Shown: one piece after another, positions 57,544-64,000 of the stretch | Position numbering within the stretch: the stretch's first letter is position 1 | Layout of the letters: every line of letters begins with the position of its first letter | Source: Gammaproteobacteria bacterium | GTDB taxonomy: Bacteria; Pseudomonadota; Gammaproteobacteria; Eutrophobiales; Eutrophobiaceae | Reading direction: 5' to 3' | Assembly: GCA_965238225.1 (NCBI GenBank) | Contig: OZ250183.1 | Location: 768,001 to 832,000, forward strand | DNA length: 64,000 nt | The notes under the pieces: model-generated | What the model saw: the letters and a program-made list of their open reading frames with translations, nothing else | What the model was told of the DNA's origin: nothing | The model's database searches: none | Translations under genes and position numbers: made by a program

Positions 57544-58833
57544 ATGAATGCACCACATACGACGGATGTAGAATTCAGTCAGCTGGGTCTGGATAGGCGC
57601 TTACTTAAGTCACTTTGTGAACATGGCTTAACGCATTGCACCTCAATACAGGCAGAATGTTTGCCAATAGCTCTTGCCGGGAAAGATGTTGCTGGACAAG
57701 CGCAAACAGGAACCGGTAAGACAGCAGCATTTTTATTGGCAATTATGCAACATATATTAAAAACGCCAGAACGTTCCGGACGTAAAAAACAGCAACCAAG
57801 AGCAATCATCATTTCCCCAACTCGCGAACTTGCCATTCAAATTCATAAAGATGCAATGATGCTTAATACCCATGCAGGGCTTTCATTAGGGCTTGTTTAT
57901 GGGGGCATAGACTATGAAAAACAGCGCAACAGTCTGAATGAAAAAATAGATATCTTAATTGGCACGCCAGGACGTTTAATCGATTATCACAAACAGGATG
58001 TGTATAGTTTAAAGGGTATTGAGATTGTTGTTTTGGATGAGGCAGATCGCATGTTTGATCTAGGTTTTATCGCTGATATTAGATACATATTTAGACGTAT
58101 GCCGACGGCTCAGCACAGATTGAACATGTTATTTTCAGCGACACTGTCGCATCGAGTTACTGAGCTGGCATACGAACATATGAACAATCCTGAAAAGGTT
58201 ATTATCAACCCTAAGCAGGTGACAGCTGAAAATGTGCAACAGACCCTATATCATGTTGCCAATGACGAAAAAATTCCCTTACTTTTGGGGCTCATCAAAA
58301 AAATTGATCCAAAACGCTCTATTGTTTTTGTAAATACGAAAAGGACGGCGGAAAAAGTCTGGTCTTATCTCGAAGGCAATGGTTATTATTCGGCTGTGTT
58401 GTCAGGGGATGTACCACAAAAAAAACGGCAGAGATTATTTAAGGAATTTACGTCAGGAGAACTACCCGTACTGGTGGCCACTGATTTAGCAGCAAGAGGT
58501 TTACATGTCCCCGAAGTGAGTCATGTATTTAATTACGATTTACCTCAAAATGCCGAAGATTATGTGCATCGTATTGGGCGCACCGCACGTGCTGGAACCT
58601 CGGGTGATGCTGTTAGTTTTGCCTGCGAAGAATTTGTCTATTCACTGATAGAAATTGAAGAATATATAGGCCATAAACTACCAGTCAGTGAAATAGCAGC
58701 TGATATGCTGGCCGAGCCAAAATCGCCAGCAAAGATAGCCCGTCCCCGCGCAGGAAGTCTAGGCAAAGGGCGACATAACAGTAGCGGGAGGCGTAACAGG
58801 CCAAGTAATAGGACTACATCAAGAAGGCATTAG
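57544..58833 (+). CDS. rhlB: DEAD-box RNA helicase RhlB
   Basis: AGQAQTGTGKT, DEAD, SAT, HRIGRTARAG; divergent from trxA. Confidence 0.93.
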   Translation: MNAPHTTDVEFSQLGLDRRLLKSLCEHGLTHCTSIQAECLPIALAGKDVAGQAQTGTGKTAAFLLAIMQHILKTPERSGRKKQQPRAIIISPTRELAIQIHKDAMMLNTHAGLSLGLVYGGIDYEKQRNSLNEKIDILIGTPGRLIDYHKQDVYSLKGIEIVVLDEADRMFDLGFIADIRYIFRRMPTAQHRLNMLFSATLSHRVTELAYEHMNNPEKVIINPKQVTAENVQQTLYHVANDEKIPLLLGLIKKIDPKRSIVFVNTKRTAEKVWSYLEGNGYYSAVLSGDVPQKKRQRLFKEFTSGELPVLVATDLAARGLHVPEVSHVFNYDLPQNAEDYVHRIGRTARAGTSGDAVSFACEEFVYSLIEIEEYIGHKLPVSEIAADMLAEPKSPAKIARPRAGSLGKGRHNSSGRRNRPSNRTTSRRH

Positions 58834-58966
58834 TCTTGAATGCTAAGCCAGTTATAGCTTATCAATAAGACATAACGTAAGGGTGTTTTGTGTATGCAGT
58901 TTATTTATTATTTTCATTACCCTTCGTTAATATAAGACACACGTATTAATTATTTAAGGATGCCGC

Positions 58967-59128
58967 ATGCAAGGTTGTATTTTCGGAAAATTGATTAATC
59001 TACTGATACTGCTTTTTGCATTGAGCCAAGTAGTTTCGTGTGGGCAAAAAGGCGATCTCTACCTTCCCGATGAACAACAATTATCACGCTTGTCCACTGT
59101 TACTTTTTTTTATTCTTCATTGGTCTGA
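58967..59128 (+). CDS. lptM: Small lipoprotein LptM/YifL (53 aa), absent from the ORF track
   Basis: Hand translation MQGCIFGKLINLLILLFALSQVVS-CGQKGDLYLP..; hallmark CGxKGxLYLP, upstream AAGGA RBS, typical position before lysA. Confidence 0.88.
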   Translation: MQGCIFGKLINLLILLFALSQVVSCGQKGDLYLPDEQQLSRLSTVTFFYSSLV

Positions 59129-59139
59129 TTCCAAATAAA

Positions 59140-60390
59140 ATGACTGTATTTTCCTATCATAACGGTCAACTATGCGCTGAGGGTGTGGCGCTTTATGAAA
59201 TAGCAAAACGTTTTGCTACACCTTGTTATGTATATTCCAGAGCCGAAATTGAGAGCAGGTGGCAGGCATTTGACGCAGCCTTGGCTTCACAAAAACATTT
59301 AATCTGTTATGCCGTTAAGGCCAATTCAAATCTGGCTGTACTCAATATTTTAGCAAGGCTTGGTTCGGGTTTTGATATTGTTTCTCAGGGTGAACTTGAG
59401 CGCGTACTGAAGGCGGGAGGGCAGCCGAGCAAGATTGTTTTTTCTGGTGTCGGCAAAAAAGCCAATGAAATGCAATATGCGCTGGAAGTCGGTATTAAGT
59501 GTTTTAATGTTGAGTCGCTGGCAGAGCTGAGCAGTTTGAATCAGCTTGCTGCTGCCCTTGGAAAAATTGCACCAGTATCGCTACGTGTGAATCCAGATAT
59601 CGATGCTAAGACACATCCTTATATTGCTACGGGCTTAAAAGAAAACAAATTTGGGCTTGCCTTTGCAGATACGCTTGTAGGCTATGAGAAAATAAGTTCA
59701 ATGGCAAATCTTAATGCTGTGGGTATTGATTGTCATATAGGCTCACAAATTACCAGTATGTCACCTTTCATCGATGTGATTGACAGTCTTTTAGGGCTTA
59801 CGCAAAACATTGAGGCGACCGGGGTTACGTTAGACCATATCAATATTGGCGGCGGTTTGGGCATTAGATATTTGGATGAAACACCTCCATCAGTTTCAGA
59901 ATATGCTGACGCAGTGTGTGCTAAATTTAAAAACGCAAACTATGAGCTTATCCTTGAGCCAGGTCGCAGCATTGTTGGTAATGCTGGTGTGTTATTAACG
60001 CAGGTCGAATTTTTAAAACAGACACCAGATAGAAATTTTGCCATTGTAGATGCGGCGATGAATGATTTAATACGACCTATTTTATACGGTGCTTGGCATG
60101 AAATTTTACCTTTGACGGAAGAAAAGGGCGAAACTAAAATGCGATACGATATTGTTGGACCAATTTGTGAAACTGGAGATTTTTTCGGCAAAGAACGTAG
60201 GTTGTCTTTACAACAAGGAGACTTATTAGCGGTATTATCAGCAGGCGCCTATGGGTTCAGCATGGCATCGACCTATAACTCGCGCCCGAAAATCTGCGAG
60301 GTGATGGTGGATAGGAACGAGGTTTTTGAAGTTAGAAAAAGAGAGACTATTGAGGATTTGATTAAGGGCGAGTCGTTGCTTCCTGAGTAG
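59140..60390 (+). CDS. lysA: Diaminopimelate decarboxylase
   Basis: YAVKAN, HIGSQ, GGGLG, EPGR, GPICETGD, YNSRP. Confidence 0.98.
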   Translation: MTVFSYHNGQLCAEGVALYEIAKRFATPCYVYSRAEIESRWQAFDAALASQKHLICYAVKANSNLAVLNILARLGSGFDIVSQGELERVLKAGGQPSKIVFSGVGKKANEMQYALEVGIKCFNVESLAELSSLNQLAAALGKIAPVSLRVNPDIDAKTHPYIATGLKENKFGLAFADTLVGYEKISSMANLNAVGIDCHIGSQITSMSPFIDVIDSLLGLTQNIEATGVTLDHINIGGGLGIRYLDETPPSVSEYADAVCAKFKNANYELILEPGRSIVGNAGVLLTQVEFLKQTPDRNFAIVDAAMNDLIRPILYGAWHEILPLTEEKGETKMRYDIVGPICETGDFFGKERRLSLQQGDLLAVLSAGAYGFSMASTYNSRPKICEVMVDRNEVFEVRKRETIEDLIKGESLLPE

Positions 60391-60521
60391 TTGTATTTCA
60401 ACTATACATCTTTAGTACTGCTCAGGTTTTGACTACAATGCCCGGCGAGTTATAAAGCTAAAGGGCAATGCCCAGCAGTAAGAAGCGGTGGTTAGCAAAG
60501 GCGGGCGATTTGATATAATTG

Positions 60522-61073
60522 TTAGAAAGTGATCGCGAGGAGTTCGATGCTATTTTTAGCGCGGTCTTGCAAGCCTGATTTTTTATCTTTAATTATGGAT
60601 CTTACTTTCTTTTTTAAGCGAGCTTCGCCAGTAATTAGGTAAGCACGTTTCAAGTAATCAATAGCCAATACAGGGTTACGATCTAACAGATCAGCAGCAC
60701 CTTCATAATAATCCGCTTGGTCTTTAAGGCATTCTATGTACTTTGTGAAATTTTTTGCGAAGGAAGAGTCAAAAACTATATGTTCAGTTCTAATAAAGTC
60801 AGAAGGAATGTCTGCTTCTGGGCTCTTTATAAGTAGAGTTTCTTTTCCTAATGCTTGGGCTATACCTAGCTCGTAGAAGATATTATTTTGAGTTTTAGCT
60901 GGCATAGATTCGTGGATGATGCCTACAGCAATAGGTGATGATGCTATCATTTTCCATATTTTAATTAAAAAATATTGAGCCTTACTAAATAACAGCGTAT
61001 GCACAATCTGGGGCATTATGAGGTTTAAATAATTTCCTGCTCTTTCAACATCCCAATCACTTTTTTTATACAC
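60522..61073 (-). CDS. Nucleoside 2-deoxyribosyltransferase/TIR-like fold protein, start uncertain, probably 5'-truncated
   Basis: Motif NIFYELGIAQALGKETLLI..IPSDF; the predicted N-terminus overlaps cysC and looks non-homologous. Confidence 0.6.
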   Translation of the reverse strand: MYKKSDWDVERAGNYLNLIMPQIVHTLLFSKAQYFLIKIWKMIASSPIAVGIIHESMPAKTQNNIFYELGIAQALGKETLLIKSPEADIPSDFIRTEHIVFDSSFAKNFTKYIECLKDQADYYEGAADLLDRNPVLAIDYLKRAYLITGEARLKKKVRSIIKDKKSGLQDRAKNSIELLAITF

Positions 61074-61636
61074 GCTTCAACAGGCACTTTATCCGTTGAT
61101 AAAATTAGATCAGCATCTTCTGGCGCTTCGTACGGAAATGAAACCCCCGGTAAATCCCCCGTTTGATTATTCTCTTCTGCAGCATAAAGCCCACTGGGAT
61201 CGCGTTGTTTGCATACTTCCAGTGGCGGATTCAAGTAAATAATAAGGCAATTACCTTTACCAATAGTATTGAGTGCTTGCTCGCGTGATTCTTGATCTGG
61301 CGCCACAAACGCACCGCAACATATCAGACCTGAGTCGTTAAGATGTTTTGCGATATGAACACTTCTGCGTAAATTTTCAATGCGACCTTTTTTGTCATGT
61401 GATAAGCCTTTGCTGATGCCAAGACGCATGGTTTTACCATCAAGCACGGTACTCATTCGTCCCACATCAAAGAGCCGACGTTCTAGTGCATGCGCTAATG
61501 TAGTTTTGCCCGAGCCAGATAAGCCAATAAACAGCACGGTCACTGGTTTTTGCCCGTAGCGTTTCGCTCTTTCCTGTTTGGTTACGTGTGCTACAGATGT
61601 GGGTTTTGTCTCTGTTGTGGGTTCTATTTCTGTGAC
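61025..61636 (-). CDS. cysC: APS kinase (CysC) domain detached from CysN
   Basis: AHVTKQERAKRYGQKP-VTVLFIGLSGSGKTT, LDG..R, QRDPSGLY, PYEAP; same frame as cysN; first usable start GTG 61543. Confidence 0.8.
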   Translation of the reverse strand, partial: VTEIEPTTETKPTSVAHVTKQERAKRYGQKPVTVLFIGLSGSGKTTLAHALERRLFDVGRMSTVLDGKTMRLGISKGLSHDKKGRIENLRRSVHIAKHLNDSGLICCGAFVAPDQESREQALNTIGKGNCLIIYLNPPLEVCKQRDPSGLYAAEENNQTGDLPGVSFPYEAPEDADLILSTDKVPVEACIKKVIGMLKEQEII

Positions 61637-61648
61637 CTACGTTTCTCA

Positions 61649-63022
61649 TTATCTTCTATCAATATATGATCTTCTAGGTCCTATACGTTTCTCTCGAGGA
61701 TCCAACATAATCATCCCCGCGCCAACTGTGGCATTACTCAAATGGTCAATGATAATGAATGCACCAGTTACTCTATTTAGCTCATAATAGTCATCAAAAC
61801 AAATATCTTGATCTAGAGTAATTTCACACCTTCCAATTTCATTTAATTGCAACGATGGGCATGTCTTATGCTCTAGGGTATCCATATCAATCTTGTATTC
61901 CAGCGTAGATATGCAACCTGTAATGTGCTTGTTTGTGTGTTTGAAATCATATTGCGTACCAGGCAGCATGGCTTGTTCTGCCATCCAAATAATATGGGCA
62001 CGAAATTTTTTACTCACTCCAGGCAGATTGTCGGTATGTACCAGCATGTCCCCACGGCTAATGTCTATTTCATCTTCTAAAGTCAGTGTGATCGCCATGG
62101 GTGTAAAGGCTTGTTCTAGTTCTTCATCATAGGTAACGATCGATTTAATCTTACTGGTTTCTCCAGAAGGAAATACGCTAACATTATCGCCTTTACGTAC
62201 AACACCTGAGGCTAATGTGCCACAGAACCCACGGAAATTCTGATTAGGTCGATTAACATATTGCACGGGGAAACGCATACCTTGGTAATTTTTGCCGACA
62301 CCAATCTCTACGGTTTCTAAGATAGACATTAATGTATCTCCATCGTACCAAGGCGTTTTATCACTAATGCTAACCACGTTATCGCCGTTTAACGCAGACA
62401 AGGGAATAAACTTTATATTATTTTGTTGTAACACTGCATCCGATGTAGGCAGTCTGTTTGAAAAGCTGAGGTAATCAGCCTTAATATTATCAAATTTCTC
62501 TTTACTGAAGCCTATCGTATCCATTTTATTAATGGCAACGATGACATGCTTGATGCCCAGTAAAGCGACAATAAAACTATGACGCTTGGCTTGTATTTGT
62601 ACTCCTTTTTGCGCATCAATCAAAATGATGGCTAGGTCGCAGTTTGAAGCACCTGTTGCCATATTGCGAGTGTATTGTTCATGCCCGGGGGTATCAGCAA
62701 TGATAAATTTACGTTTGTCCGTGGAAAAATATCGGTAAGCAACATCAATGGTAATGCCCTGTTCTCTTTCTGCCTGCAAACCATCCACCAGTAATGCCAG
62801 ATCAAATTCACCTTCAGTAGTGCCTGATTTAGCACTGGCAGTTTTAATTTCCTCTAATTGGTCTTTATAAATCATTTTTGAATCATGTAACAATCGACCA
62901 ATCAAGGTGCTTTTGCCATCATCAATATTGCCGCAGGTGAGAAATTTTAAAGTATCTTTCCTCTCGTGTTGCGCAAGGTAAGCATCTGTATCTGTGCTAA
63001 TTAAATTAGATTGATGTGGCAT
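61649..63022 (-). CDS. cysN: Sulfate adenylyltransferase subunit 1
   Basis: CGNIDDGKSTL, EREQGITIDVAYRYF, DTPGHEQY, NKMD, TVGAGMI. Confidence 0.97.
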   Translation of the reverse strand: MPHQSNLISTDTDAYLAQHERKDTLKFLTCGNIDDGKSTLIGRLLHDSKMIYKDQLEEIKTASAKSGTTEGEFDLALLVDGLQAEREQGITIDVAYRYFSTDKRKFIIADTPGHEQYTRNMATGASNCDLAIILIDAQKGVQIQAKRHSFIVALLGIKHVIVAINKMDTIGFSKEKFDNIKADYLSFSNRLPTSDAVLQQNNIKFIPLSALNGDNVVSISDKTPWYDGDTLMSILETVEIGVGKNYQGMRFPVQYVNRPNQNFRGFCGTLASGVVRKGDNVSVFPSGETSKIKSIVTYDEELEQAFTPMAITLTLEDEIDISRGDMLVHTDNLPGVSKKFRAHIIWMAEQAMLPGTQYDFKHTNKHITGCISTLEYKIDMDTLEHKTCPSLQLNEIGRCEITLDQDICFDDYYELNRVTGAFIIIDHLSNATVGAGMIMLDPREKRIGPRRSYIDRR

Positions 63023-63074
63023 GTATAAGTGGTCAGATAGATAAACTTAAATGAATTTTCTTAAACGAACATCC

Positions 63075-63983
63075 TCAGAAATAACCTTCGCGTTTTTTCT
63101 TTTCCATAGAGCCAGATTGATCATTGTCGATTAAACGTCCCTGACGCTCGGAAGTGGTAGCAAGCAACATCTCCTGAATGATTTCAGGCAATGTGGTGGC
63201 TTCGGATTCCACTGCCCCTGTAAGTGGGTAGCAACCCAGCGTCCTAAAACGCACGGTTTTCATCTTTGGTTTTTGACCTTCAGCTAAAGGCATGCGTTCA
63301 TCATCGACCATAACATCAATGCCTTCAAAATTAATCACAGGTCTTGGCTTGGCGTAATACAAGGGCACAATATCGATTTTGTTTAGATGGATGTACTGCC
63401 AAATATCCAGTTCTGTCCAGTTAGAAAGGGGGAAGACGCGGATACTTTGCCCTTTATTTATCTTGCCATTGAATATATTCCATAATTCCGGGCGTTGGTT
63501 TTTTGGATCCCAATGATGATTTTTGTCTCTGAACGAATAGACACGTTCTTTGGCTCTGGATTTTTCTTCATCGCGACGGGCACCACCAAAAGCTGCGTCA
63601 AATTGATATTGATCAAGCGCCTGTTTCAAGGCCTGTGTTTTCATGATGTCAGTGTGTTTCTGGCTGCCATGGGTAAAAGGCCCAATTCCTGCATCAACCC
63701 CTGCTTGATTGATATACACAATCAAGTCTAGCCCAAGTTTTTTCACTTGCTGGTCACGAAACTCGATCATTTCACGAAATTTCCATGTGGTATCTACATG
63801 CATCAGTGGAAAAGGCAATCTCCCAGGGTAAAAAGCCTTCAACGCCAGATGCAGCATGACAGTTGAGTCCTTGCCTATGGAATAAAGCATCACCGGCTTA
63901 TCAAACTCGGCAGCAACTTCACGAATGATGTAGAGACTTTCCGCTTCGAGTTGTTTTAAGTGCGTTAAATTGTAGTCTGTCAT
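63075..63983 (-). CDS. cysD: Sulfate adenylyltransferase subunit 2
   Basis: [40 protein letters not shown]. Confidence 0.98.
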   Translation of the reverse strand: MTDYNLTHLKQLEAESLYIIREVAAEFDKPVMLYSIGKDSTVMLHLALKAFYPGRLPFPLMHVDTTWKFREMIEFRDQQVKKLGLDLIVYINQAGVDAGIGPFTHGSQKHTDIMKTQALKQALDQYQFDAAFGGARRDEEKSRAKERVYSFRDKNHHWDPKNQRPELWNIFNGKINKGQSIRVFPLSNWTELDIWQYIHLNKIDIVPLYYAKPRPVINFEGIDVMVDDERMPLAEGQKPKMKTVRFRTLGCYPLTGAVESEATTLPEIIQEMLLATTSERQGRLIDNDQSGSMEKKKREGYF

Positions 63984-64000
63984 TTACTTACAATAAAGCG

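Overview
AT-rich gammaproteobacterial chromosomal segment. It is mostly housekeeping genes in conserved order: hemE; miaB-phoH-ybeY-corC-lnt; zur-znuACB with a perfect Zur box; aroG; cpxP/cpxRA-like; rpsU-yqeY-dnaG-rpoD-tRNA-Ile2; tsaD; plsY-folB-cca-uppP; hemH; trxA-rho/rhlB; lptM-lysA; cysD-cysN(C); and three tRNAs. The main accessory feature is an ~18.5 kb tandem array of three giant RTX-type Ca-binding repeat genes (28572-46174) inserted between tsaD and plsY. These genes carry no recognisable enzymatic or toxin domain and are mosaics of shared modules. Each has a near-identical ~470 bp upstream cassette containing a GC-rich strand-specific hairpin, plus a near-identical C-terminus and terminator. 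The middle copy is frameshifted by an 8-nt duplication. Other accessory or decayed elements are a frameshifted KAP-family NTPase next to an alpha/beta-hydrolase, an rraA pseudogene, a Sel1-repeat relic between two tRNAs, a cysNC fusion broken by in-frame stops, and a probably truncated NDT/TIR-like gene. All calls come from reading the sequence and from motif knowledge; no searches were run, and repeat-rich assembly artefacts cannot be excluded.
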